64,000 nt of DNA. It comes from Chiloscyllium plagiosum (taxonomy: Eukaryota). Numbering within the stretch: position 1 is the first letter of the stretch; each line of letters opens with the position of its first letter. The notes beneath the pieces are model-generated. The model saw only the letters and a list, made by a program, of their open reading frames with translations. It made no database searches and was not told where the DNA came from. A program made the translations under genes and the position numbers. Positions 14,085 through 26,008 of this stretch are shown here, piece by piece. The stretch covers positions 61,032,233 to 61,096,232 of the forward strand of contig NC_057718.1 of assembly GCF_004010195.1 (NCBI RefSeq), in the 5' to 3' direction.

Positions 14085-15100
14085 TGTGAAGTAATACATT
14101 TTGGGAGCACTAATAAGGCAATGGAATACATGTTGAATGTGTTGAATGGTAGAACTCTAGGAATTATTAAAAGTCAGAGGGATCTTTGTATATATTCATA
14201 GATCCTTGAAGGCAGAAGGACAGGTAACTAAGGTAATTAAGGCATTTTGGATACTTGCCTTTATTAGTCAAGGCACAGAATACAAGAGTAAAGAGGTTCT
14301 GATGGATGTGAAGATGATGTTAGTTAGACTACAGTTGGATTACAATATGTAGTTCTAATTTCCTCAATATTGGAATGACATGATTGCACTAGAGCGGGCG
14401 CAGAAGAGATAAACCAGGATGTTGCCTAAATTGAATGATTCAGCTATGAAGAGAAACTAGATAGGCTGGGATTATTTTCCTTAGAGCAAACAATGGTGAG
14501 GGGAGACCTGACTGAGGTAAAAAAGAAGCTCTGAGGGGCATAGACATGAAAGATAGTGAGAAACATTTTCCCTTAGTAGAGGGGTCATGAACGAGGGGCA
14601 CAGTTTTAAGGTCATGAGCAGGAGATTTAAAGGGAATTTGATGATTTTTCTTTCACCCAGAGGGCAACGGATGTCTTGACTTCATACCTAAAAGGCAAGA
14701 GGCAAGAACCATCAAGACATTTAAGAAATATTTTGATGAGCACTTGAAATGCCATAGCAGACAAGGCTATGGGCTAAGTGGTCGTAAATGGGACTAGAAC
14801 AGATAGATAGAATATAGAACAGTACAGCATAGGAATGATCCTTCAGCCCACAATGTTGTGCAGGACATGACGCAGATTAAACTAATCCCTTCTGTCTGCC
14901 CTTGGTCCATATCTCATCATTCCTTGCATATTCATGTGCATATCTACAAGTCCCTTAAATGCCCCTATTGCATCTGGCTCCACCACCATACTGACAGCAC
15001 ATTCAAGACACCTACCACACTGTATAAACAATTTGCCCTTCACATCCTTTGAATTTTCACCTCCTCACCTTCAAAGTATGCCCCCTAGTCTTCGACATTT
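14085..15100. mobile_element. Two older CR1 3' fragments, tail to tail (+ 14085-14810; - 14810-15100)
   Basis: Decayed KCEVIHFG...LERAQKR motifs on +; reverse-complement 3' UTR with tagaatatagaac tail. Confidence 0.8.
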
Positions 15101-15213
15101 CAGACACTTGATGACTTTGAGGACACAATGGACTGAAAGACCTTTTTCCATATTGTAATAACTCAATGATTCTAAAGTGTAGAATTAACATGAATTTTTG
15201 CTTTATGACTTAC

Positions 15214-15395
15214 CATGCACACAAAAATTACTTCTCTCGACGTAATCATTGTCCACCGTTTGGAGATAAACAGAACACCTACTGCTTCCATCACATGCAG
15301 CTGCCAATAACGGCAGCTTTACTGTGGTGAAATCTTTGATTATGGCAGATTTACAGCAGCATTTTGTGCATTCTGAATCGTGGCATTTGCACAGC
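15214..15395 (-). CDS. Candidate internal coding exon (182 nt, Cys-rich) of an unidentified gene
   Basis: tttttttcccag acceptor, ATG|GTAAGTC donor; single open frame (phase 2 in, phase 1 out): LCKCHDSECTKCCCKSAIIKDFTTVKLPLLAAACDGSSRCSVYLQTVDNDYVERSNFCVH; no repeat similarity recognised. Confidence 0.5.
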
Positions 15396-16586
15396 CTGGG
15401 AAAAAAAGCCCGCAGCTGTTGAACAGTGTTATTTTTAAATCAGTGACATCTCCATGAGCTGAGACTGTCTTATAACATTCCTGCACATCCACAGAGTAAA
15501 TTCAAAATTCCTTGCTCATGAGAAAAAGGAGGTGATGGTTTGCAGCTCTGTAGTGAGGGCTTTGAAGTCAGCAGAAGGGGAGTGCAATAATGGAAATAGA
15601 GAGAGCTTTGTCTCAGGATGGTTCTTTTATGCATTCCCACTGGTGGAGAGCTTTTCCAGGGATACACTGGGAAGGGGATTACTTCCCGTTCTATGGAGAT
15701 AGATAATCGATTATCATTGACATGACACCTTTTGGGATAAGTTATTCAACCTCGCCACAATGTTGCTTTCAGGATGCATCAGAATCGACTGAGATGCAGG
15801 GCTGCACTTGCAGTTTTACACACAATAGGCTCCTGATTTTAATGATGCCAATGTGAACAGTTGCCAAGTAGGCACCAGCCACTTGCACAGAGGCAAAGAG
15901 AAAGAAAAGACACTGGACAATCTGAAGTTTATTAACTAGTCTAATTTAATTTAATATCCCAGCAACTGCTTGGAAATTGATAAAACTATGTATCTTAATA
16001 TTATTCTATTTATTTCTCATGCTACACTGCTGAAAAGTGCATCAATCCCAATTTATTAATCTGCCAGAGTAGGCCATTTCATAAATTCTTGCTCAGGGCA
16101 CGTGAAGCATGATGACTGCCAAGGATGACAATTGTTAGGGAAAAGGGCCACAATTGACTGAAGAGACAGAGGGAGCTAAGCTCCACCACAAAAAGAGATG
16201 CAGGAGATATATAAGTGAACATGCAACAGGCAGTCAAGAAGGCAAATGGGTACACATTATTTATTAATTTGTGATGTGGGCATGATTGTCTGGACAGCAT
16301 TTATTGCCCATCCCTAGTTGACCTTGAGATGGTGGTGGTCAGTTGCCTTCTTGAACTACCGCAGCTTAACCCACAATACCATTAGTGAGGAAATTCTAGA
16401 ATTTTGACCCAGCAACACTGAAGGAATGGCAATATACTTCCAAATAAGAGTAATGAACTTGTGGAATTATCTGCCACAGGAAGCGGTTGAGGCCAAAATA
16501 TTGAATGTTTTTAAGAAGGAGTTAGATATAGGCTACAGAGATCAAAGAGTATGGGGAGAAAGGGTAACAGGGTACTGAGTTGGATG

Positions 16587-17720
16587 TCAAGAGTGTATGC
16601 TGGAAAAGCACAGCTGGTCAGGCAGCATCTGAGGAGCAGATTGGAGGTGTAGTGGACAGCCAAGAGGGTTACCTCAGATTACAACAGGATCTGGACCAAA
16701 TGGGCCAATGGGCTGGGAAGTGGTAGATGGAATTTAATTCAGATAAATGCGAGGTGCTGCATTTTGAGAAAGCAAATCTTAGCAGGACTTACACACTTAA
16801 TGGTAAGGTCCTAGGGAGTGTTGCTGAACAAAGAGACCTTGGAGTGCAGGTTCATAGCTCCTTGAAAGTGGAGTTGCAGGAGGATAGGATAGTGAAGAAG
16901 ATGTTTGGTATGCTTTCCTTTATTGGTCAGAGTATTGACTACAGGAGTTGGGAGGTCATGTTGCAGCTGTACAGGACATTGGTTAGGCCACTGTTGGAAT
17001 ATTGCGTGCAATTCTGGTCTCCTTCCTATCGGAAAGATGTTGTGAAACTTGAAAGGGTTCAGAAAAGATTTACAAGGATGTTGCAGGGTTGGAGTATTTG
17101 AGTTATAGGGAGAGGCTGAACAGGCTGGGGCTGTTTTCCCTGGAACGTCGGTAGCTGAGGGGTGACCTTATAGAGGTTTACAAAATTATGAGGAGCATGG
17201 ATAGGATAAATAGACAAAGTCTTTTCCCTGGGGTCGGGGAGTCCAGAACTAGAGGGCATAGGTTTAGGGTGAGAGGGCAAAGATATAAAAGAGACCTAAG
17301 GGGCAACTTTTTCACACAGAAGGTGGTACGTGTATGGAATGAGCTGCCAGAGGAAGTGGTGGAGGCTGGTACAATTGCAACATTTAAGAGGCATTTGGAT
17401 GGGTATATGAATAGGAAGGGTTTGGAGGGATATGGGCTGGGTGCTGGCAGGTGGGACTAGATTGGGTTGGGATATCTGGTCGGCATGGATGGATTGGACC
17501 AAAGGGTCTGTTTCCACGCTGTACATCTCTATGACTCCAGGATTCTATGACAGAGGAATCAACATTTCAGTCATAAACCCTTCAGCAGGAAGATTTCTGA
17601 TGGAAGGTTTATGCCCTAAAAGTCAATTTGCCTACTCCTTGGATGCTGCCTGACCTGCTGTCCTTTTCCAGTGTACACTCTCAACTCTGATCTCCAGCAT
17701 CTGCAGTCTTCACTTTCTTC
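16587..17720. mobile_element. Palindromic PLE-derived element split by a young CR1 insertion and itself inserted in an older CR1 3' end
   Basis: Arms 16587-16640 and 17550-17720; TSD tactgagttg(g/a)atg at 16573-16586 and 17721-17734. Confidence 0.8.
16640..17550 (+). mobile_element. Young CR1 (HER1-type) LINE 3' 0.9 kb
   Basis: [16 protein letters not shown]...LVRPLLEYCVQFWSP; tail ctctatgact...ttctatga. Confidence 0.97.
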
Positions 17721-18459
17721 TACTGAGTTGAATGATCAGCCAAGATCGTATTGAAATTTGGAGCAGGCTCAAAGGACCGAATGGCCTGCTCCTGTATCTA
17801 TTGTCCATGTATCTATTGTGCTAATACCCAGTGTGATTCCTGATAATTTTCATGATTGCCAGTACTAAATGTATTGTTGAGTCGCTGGATACCTGACTAG
17901 GTCTAAGTTTAGGTGAGGCCAGTGCTATTGTGGAGCAGCCTCCACTATTAAAAGACCTCTTGTAATTGTTAAAAGGGAGGTGTACTCTGGCTGGAACAGA
18001 TGCCAGCATTGTGTCCAGAAGGAAATCTGAGCACAAAGATGACAGCATGCTTGACGGTCATCTGGCAGCCCACTGATCACCTCAGTAGAAAGAGAGAGAT
18101 TTTCTATCTACAGAGAAACCACAAAGGGAAAGTAGATAATCTTAGAAGTAAAATTCAGCAGACAATCCTGAGCCCTGGATGCACTTTTGTAAGTTCAATG
18201 ACCTTGTCTGAATGGATGTAGTCAGCAAATTCTTCCTTAAGAGCTCAATCCCATCACTGCACTAGTAATCTCACGCACAGCTCAGTATCCAATACAGTAT
18301 ACACCACAACTCCATAGCTCAATATCCAACAACCTCTATCAATCATGACTCATACTCACATTATCTCACTTCCACACACTGAGCCCTTCTGTATGTCTTA
18401 TAGCCACATCGCTCAGTTTGCTCACACCACCAGCTATTCATGTGACAACTACATCACTT

Positions 18460-18810
18460 GTTTATTTAATCATGGGCAGGCCAGCAGTTATTGCCCATTC
18501 CCAGTTGCCTGTGAGAAGCTGGTGATAAGCTGTCTTCTTGAACCACTGCAGTATCTTTGCTGTAGAGACATGCACAGGACTGGTGAAAGGGAGTTCCAGG
18601 ATCTTGACCCAGTGACAGTGAAGGAACAATGATATATTTCCGAGTAATGATGGTGGGAGGCTGATAGTGATATTCTCATGTATCTGCTACCCTTGTCTTT
18701 CTAAACATTAGTGATCATGTGATTGAATGTGCTATCTAAGGAGCCATAGTGAATTTCTGTAGTGCACCTTATAGATGGCATACACTGCTGCTACTGAGCG
18801 TTAGTGGTGG
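18460..18810 (-). mobile_element. 3' fragment of second LINE family
   Basis: Reverse complement of the 11360-11870 family 3' end; a similar piece lies at 16270-16445. Confidence 0.7.
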
Positions 18811-19609
18811 AGAGAGAGATTGATCCAAATAATATGTTACATATAATGGCATGAAAGTGACATATTGGTTTCAGGTATAGTTAATCTCAGAATGTACATG
18901 TTGCTCCTATAGAGTGCCTTGTGTGCAGTCATTGGCTCCTTGCACCATGGAAAAGCCTGAAAATGTGGCAGACATGAATACCTACCCTCTGGAAAAAATA
19001 TTTAGCTCTCTTGGAATGCCAAGTTTTCTTTCTGAACCAAAAGTTGCCAATAAACTGGGAGATGTCACAAATATCTCTTGCTGTAGCCTGGAAGGAAGTC
19101 AATACATAACAGTTCGTAGCATCTTCACCTTCACAACCACTGAAAATGGTGTCTTCACCTGCCCTAAGGCTGCAGTTTAGCTACAGCAGGAGGCAGATTT
19201 CAGTGAGGATCTCCTTGGTAAAATAGTGGCTTCTAGAAAGCTGTTCTTCCCTGAAGTTCAAGTATTAGAATTCCTTCCTGAATCTGATGAACAGATATAC
19301 ATTGGCTTACACATACTACAAACATTTGAGTATAAATTTCTTGAGCAGAATCCTTTCAAGTCAGGGCAACGTTCTTCAGTGCATGCCATACCATTCACTG
19401 TAGACATTAACAGATTTAAATTCCTCTCCAAGACTTAAACCAAAAAATCAAAACTGTCATTCTAATGAAGTTCTAAGACAGTGCTGCATTGTTGAGGTTG
19501 CTGTATTTTGGATGACGCAGTTAAGCAAGCTGGACATTGTTAATGTACAGTTAAACTGAGACTGTACCTCACCATGGGGTAAAGTTGCTGTCACCAATGT
19601 CTTAATGTT

Positions 19610-20190
19610 TGCAAGGTGGCAGCAGAGTAGGATGCTTTAGCTGGAGCTCCTCTGCTTTGCCAGTTCCTTTTCCTTCTTTTTTTCTTCTCTTTTCTGCAGT
19701 TTTTCTACACCCTCACTCCACCCAACTTCTAAACTTCTTAAATTTACCTGGAGGGAATGGAGAATGGAGCCGAGTCAGAGTCCAGCCCGGTGCGGGAGAC
19801 GAGTCGGAGACCATGCCAGGTGAGTCCCGGAGGAGAGTTGCAGGCCAGAGCCCAGGGTGGGAGGCAGTCTGAGCCCAGGCCAGCCTGGAGGTGAATCCTG
19901 GGCCAAAGGCCAGCATGTGGGCATAGGAAGGCCTTATGTTGTGAAGCCCAGCGGGCACAGACCCAGTGAAAAGGACTATAATTTGTGCACTTTTTAAAGT
20001 TACTTTTTATTCTTATTCTGGACTTTGACTACTTGCTAAACTATTTTTTTAACTCTTTCAATTATGTAACAAATACTTAAAGTGTCTGTACCTAGGTACC
20101 CTTTACCTAAGATGGCGCCAAAACAATGACATTACAAACTTTTCATTGCACTCATTTGAGTTCACATGACAATAAAGGCTATTCTATTCT
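19610..20190 (+). mobile_element. Non-coding retroposon with Rex1/Babar-like 3' tail
   Basis: GC-rich core, ends cttttcattgcactcatttgagttcacatgacaataaa followed by (tattc)n. Confidence 0.5.
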
Positions 20191-20640
20191 TTATGAGGTG
20201 TGAGTTGGCTGCAATATATTGAGTAACTTCATTAGAAGACACGTTGGTGGATAGGCAAAGCTAATATTTAAGGTATGAATGCATGCATTGCAACAATTGT
20301 ACATTCCTTTCTGGTGCAAAAATACAACAGGAAAAGTGGTGGGCCATGGCTAACAAAACAAGTTAAGGATAGTACTAGATCTAAAAAGGAGTCACATGAT
20401 GGTATTAGAAAAAGCACCAACCCTGAAAATGGGAACAGTTTATTTATCAGCAATGGAGGACCAAGAGATTGATTAAAAGAGAAGAAATAAAATATGAGAA
20501 TAAAATTACAAGAAAAATGGCAGCAGATTGTCAGAATTTCTACAGGTATATTAATGAAACAGATTATGAAATCAAATGTAGGTCTGTTACAGTCTAAAAT
20601 AGGATAACTCACAATGGAGAACATTATAAGAACAGAAGAA
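20190..20640 (+). mobile_element. Old CR1 ORF2 internal fragment
   Basis: PWLTKQVKDSTRSKK motif typical of the CR1 endonuclease-RT linker. Confidence 0.6.
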
Positions 20641-20929
20641 TAAAACCCTTATTTTGTTCTTTCTGTTCTAGCGCAATTAAAGAAAAACAAAACTCTCATT
20701 GGTATAACTATCAGAGGCTGTTATATTGAACAAGTAATAGTTTATTGCATGTGTACAATTAGTTATAGGTCAGACAGATGTGATAAACATTACCACAGAG
20801 ATTGAGGAGGAACTGGATATTGAATCTTGCTCTTCCAAGAACCTGTTCTGCCCACTAATCCATAGTGCTGAGGCATTCCTCAGTATTAATCCTTTCAGAC
20901 TTTGACACCCTTATACAACAGATGTTAGG

Positions 20930-21170
20930 GATCATATATTGGAAGAAGAGCAGCGGAATTTTTTGTGGACAATTTTATCCTTCAATTAATGAAAGAAAAA
21001 GGTCATCTGGTCTTAATGATAAAGGTCATTGTTGGGAATTTGCTGTGTGTAAATTGGCTGTAGCATTTTGTACAATGTGAGAGTGACTATACCTCAAAAA
21101 TATTTCATTGACTGCAAAGGACTTTGAGATATCCAGGGGCCACGAAAGGAATGAAATGTATGCAAGTCTT
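20930..21170 (+). mobile_element. Deu-domain SINE (SacSINE1/AmnSINE1-like) 3' part; 5' part-like piece at about 19430-19530
   Basis: gaagaagagcag...ttgctgtgtgtaaattggctg...gtgactatacctcaaaaa...atgcaagtcttt matches recalled DeuSINE core and tail. Confidence 0.65.
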
Positions 21171-21656
21171 TAATATAGAATACCTCAACTCCAGCAAGGC
21201 TAAAACTGGTGGTGTTTGAAAACCAAATATGACTATCATCCCCGTTAACTGGCTATATTATTTTTAATATCCAAAGATGGCTTCAGTCCTGAGTGCTACA
21301 TTTGGAGTGCTGTTCGTATTTTGTCCATTTTTTTAAAAGAACATTCAAAATAGCTAAATACTTCCACGATTCCAACAATATCCTTTAGAGAATGCAGGTG
21401 GAGTTGGGGGTCCTTAATTTTTGCTACTGTTCAGCTGTGCCTCATGTTTAAGAGACACCAATAGCTAAAGCAGTGAGCTCTAAATGACAGAACTTTGTTT
21501 GAAATCATCATAATGTCAAAATAATTGACATTATGACTTGCCCATGTTGCATACCCTTTGTGGATTTTCCTGAGGAAAGCATTAATAACTGCTGGGACTT
21601 ACCATCCTTGAACTCTTCCCACCAGCTGAAAGTGGGATGCTTCCATAAGTAGCCAC

Positions 21657-22000
21657 TTCATAGAATCTCTAGAGTGGAAAGAGGCTATTTGGCCCATCGA
21701 GTCTGCATTGACCCTCCAAAGAGCATCCCGGGAAAACCTAGCATCCCCACCTTATCCTGCATTTCCCATGGTTAATCCACCTAGCCTATACATCCCTGGA
21801 CACGATAGGCAATTGACCATGGCCAATCCACTTAACCTGCACATCTTTGGACAGTGGGAGGAAACTGGAGCGCCCAGCAGAAAGATGTACAGACATAAAG
21901 AGCATGTGCAAACTCCATACAGACAGCCACCATAACTGGAATTGAACCCAGGTCCCTGGTGTTGTGAGGCAGCAGTGCCAAACCCTGAGCCACTGTGCCA
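21657..22000 (-). mobile_element. HE1-type SINE
   Basis: Reverse complement of tRNA head, V-domain and CR1-like tail. Confidence 0.9.
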
Positions 22001-23264
22001 TTTACAGAAGGCCTCAATTGGAGTGAGAGTGGATGGACTAGCACAAGCTTTGCCCATCTTCCATAATTATGTCAAGGATTGCCCGAAGAGAAGGCACGAG
22101 GAAGGCTACCCAGCAAATTCCAAGGGGGCCCCCTACCTACAAATTTGCCAACGAGGAATGCCAACATTCTGCCCTATGATTACAACTTGTCTATGCCATG
22201 CACTTACTGCTGACATGCAACCAGACATGTAAGCCCACATCTGTACAAAAAAATCATAAACTAAAGTATGTGTATAATTCTTTAACGCACACAAACATAT
22301 TTTGTGACACTTCTACTGTAATTTTCATTGATGTACCTGAGGACTCAATTAATTTTCTATTGAATTATCTGTAAATTGAGAAGTCACAGATAATGTAAGT
22401 TAGATTAGTTGATAATACATGTAATAAAAAAGTACAGTTGCTAAATTTACCAGCTAACAATATGTGAAGACTTACCAATTTTACCACATAGCTTTCTCTA
22501 TTTCAAATCTGTAATAATATGAGCTATAGCATTTTGTTGACTCTGTGCATTAAAGTATTAAGAAACTTAAAAGTTTGCAAAAAGACAGAGCTAAGTAAAT
22601 TCTGCCTGGTTGTTTAATAAGCATATAGTGTCTCTTTCAGTGTTCAAATTAGATAACAGAACCCACTCCTCATGATAGGCGAACACATTTCACAAATGGT
22701 CCTGCACTAGTCACTGGGATTCCACTGTCTCATATTACACAAAGTTCAACAATCTGGTTCAATCATTTTTGCTGATCTTCAAATAAAATTAAACAAAATC
22801 AAAAATAATTCCAGTAGACAGGAGATGCTTTGGTGTGTCACATTTCGTTAACAGGATGTGCAGTCGAGATATCATTGAAATTAGCAGCTGCAAGATGACA
22901 TAACTGCAGATTTAATCATGTCAATGAAAAGAGGAATCACCAACATCCCATTTATCACAAAGAAATGAAGGAAAAAGGATCAGGGAATTGTCAAACTCAA
23001 TTAGACCAGAAAGAAAAACGTACTTTTTTTGTAAATTGATTTTATATTGAACTATTAAAAATGTGCTAATATTGAGCTTGAACAGTGAGGTTAAGCTTGT
23101 ATATATTAATTAGTACAACAGCGATTGGGTGGCAAAGGTTGAATCTGTTAAGGTCTGTTTGTAAGGTATGCGTGACTTGCATGCGGCAAGGCATCATTAA
23201 ATGGGTCATATACATGGTCCCCACGTTAGATGATATCCTTAATGGTTCTCATTCCCTTCAGGTG

Positions 23265-24905
23265 CTGTTTGTCCTTTAAATCTGCCATTACTTTCCTTTC
23301 CCTCAAGAAACCAACCCTTGACCCTACTATCATCGCAAACCATTATCCCATCTCTTACTTCTCTTTCCTCTTCAAAGTCCTGAGTGTGATTACACCTCTA
23401 AAGTTTCTGTTTATTTTTCCTAGAATCCCTCCAATCAGGTTTAAATCCCTCTATTTAGTTTCCTGCCCCTGCCACAGCACAAGAACAGTTTGGTAATGTG
23501 TAATAGATCATAGAATCCCTAGGAACAGGTCACTTGGTCCATCAAGTCCACACTGACCCTCCTGAAGTGCATCCCACTGCACCCCACCGCCTACCCTATC
23601 CCTATAATCTTGCACTTCCTATGGCTAATCCATCTAACCTGCACTGGACTGTGGAAGGAAACTGGACACAGACATGGGGAGAAAACAAATGAATCCTATG
23701 TGTCTACAATAAAGGTAAATTCCCTTCCTCCTTTTCAACCGACCCAGGGCCTTGGATACAATGATAGCACCAGCCTCAAGAATGCCACTCCAGTGTCATC
23801 TTTGTTTCAATTCTCATTTATTTAATCACAGCTACAGAATCATTGTTCATGGCTTCTCTTCCCAGACGTTGAAATTCCAGGATATGGGCCAAGAATTGAA
23901 AGGTGTGACTAGTGTGGGTATAGTGTAGCTTTTGCAGCAGAGGCTTGATGGGCTGAAAGGCCTCTTCTGTACTCTGTGATTCTACAATGCTTCCTCATCA
24001 CCTTTGGTGTCGTCAAGGATCTTTCCGCACTCTTTTGAATTTTCAACTGTTGAATGTTCTTAACAGCATAATCCAAACAACACACCCTGCAAAGCAAAGG
24101 TTTCTGCATGAGGTTTCTGAACTCATCCCCACCTCCCAACACCTCGCCACCTCTCTTGACACCTCTACTGTCTACAAATTGTCAAACATCCAATAATGGA
24201 TGAGCAGATATTTTCTTCAATTAAGTATTGGGAAGGCTGAAAGCATTGTTTCTGGTGCCGGTTCTACACTTCATTTTCTAGATACAGACTCCATCCTGCT
24301 CCTTTGCAACTGTCTGAGAATTAAAGGTTTTGCATCTTTGATATCATATCTGACCGAGATGAACTTCTGACTATATTATGTACACCATCACTAAGACCAC
24401 TTATTTTCTGTAACATCACCTAACAAATCCAAGCTAATCTTTATTGAAATCCTCATTCATGCTTTTGTTATGTCTCAACTTGACTATTCTAATGCTGATC
24501 TCGCACATCCTATCCTGTAGGAACTTGAGGTCATCCAAAATCCTGCTGTTTGTTTCCTTATTTCCAACCTGCTCACTCATTGCCATTGTGTTCACTGACA
24601 TACATTAACTCTGCAGAAGGAGTATCTTGATTTTAAAACTCTCATCCTTGTTTTAAATCCAATCAATGGCTTTGCCTTCCCTGTCTCTCTCTAGCCGAGG
24701 CCCTAAGTTGTGAAATTCCATCAAGTAAACCTCTTTCTTCCTTTAAGGTATTCCTTAAAATCTACACTTTTGTCCCAAGTTGTCAACTATCTACCTGTAC
24801 ATGAATATCTCCTATATGAATCAGTGCTTAAGTTTGCTTTGTGATGCTCCTCTGAAGAGCTGTGGGATGTTTTATGATATTAAAGATGCTATATGCATGT
24901 AAGTC
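23265..24905 (+). mobile_element. Fragmented L2 LINE relic interrupted by HE1/CR1 pieces (about 23505-23690 and 23870-23985)
   Basis: LKKPTLDPTIIANHYPISYFSFLFKVL and LSNIQ*WMSRYFLQLSIGKAE motifs; L2-type tail tgaagagctgtgggatgttttatgatattaaagatgctata. Confidence 0.75.
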
Positions 24906-25250
24906 ATTAATATGTTACTGTAAACTTACAGAAGCAAGAAAACAATAAGGAAAAATGATATAGAAGGATGGGCCAATTTGCCAAAGAATTGAATAGGCTG
25001 TCACTAATCTGAATTAGTGAACAGTGACTGATTGATGGGATGCTTAAAGCAACTCTGAAGGGGGCAAAAGGGGATAGCTTATCTCTACATAAAAGTCACA
25101 ACATCATTTTATTGTGACCCATGCAGTTACAAGCTGAATGCTAATTTTGAAATTAAATAAATGTGTTTTCTCTAGTGTTCTGAAAATAATTTCAATGGTT
25201 TCTCCAAAGCTGGAATTAAATATTTCTGATTATTGTGAACCTTCAAACTG

Positions 25251-25708
25251 AATGTTGCCAGGGTTGGAGGATCTGAGCCAAAGGGAGAGGCTGAACAGGC
25301 TGGGGCTGTTTTCCCTGGAGCGTCGGAGGCTGAGGGGTGACCTTATAGATATTTACAAAATTATGAGGGACATGGATAGGATAAATAGACAAAGTCTTTT
25401 CCCTGGGGTTGGGGAGTCCAGAACCAGAGGGCATAGGTTTCGGGTGAGAGGGGAAAGATATAAGAGACCTAAGGGGCAACTTTTTCACACAGAGGGTGGT
25501 ACGTGTATGGAATAATCTGCCAGAGGATGTGGTGAAGGCTGGTATGATTGCAACATTTAAGAGTCATTTGGATGGGTATATGAATAGGAAGGGTTTGGAG
25601 GGATATGGGCTGGCAGGTGGGACTAGATTGGGTTGGGATGTCTGGTCAGCATGGACAGGTTGGACCGAAAGGTCTGTTTCCATGCTGTACATCTCTATGA
25701 CTCTATGA
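25251..25708 (+). mobile_element. Young CR1 (HER1-type) 3' end
   Basis: MLPGLEDLS...LFSLERRRLRGDLI; ctctatgactctatga tail. Confidence 0.95.
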
Positions 25709-25958
25709 AGAAATCAAACGACATATTCAAAAGGCTTAACATTATTCCACATCGATGCATATTTGTGCATATAGATACACACACAACATACATACGTAAC
25801 TTTCACAAGCAATAGAACACTGTGCAAGTGCGTGCTCACACACAAACTAATAAGCACACGCGCACACAACACAGAAAGTAAAAGAAACCCTTGACTAACT
25901 TTTAAAAAGTCAATAGATGGGTAACGAGCCATACAAAGTGTACTTAATTTATCTGAAA

Positions 25959-26008
25959 ACTTACCTAGCGAAAAAAAACAAATCAAAGAACCCAAGCAAG
26001 CAGGTTAG
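25959..26008 (-). promoter_or_regulatory. Candidate recursive splice site (3' splice site directly followed by 5' splice site)
   Basis: Minus strand tgCTAACctgcttgcttgggttctttgatttgttttttttcgctAG|GTAAGT with no other AG between branch point and acceptor. Confidence 0.55.

Noticed and set aside
15340..15395. Resemblance of LCKCHDSECTKCCCKS to the Slo1/Slo3 CKACHDD...KCGCK segment
   Set aside because: Spacing differs, the CxxCH motif is absent and no other BK-channel exons are visible.
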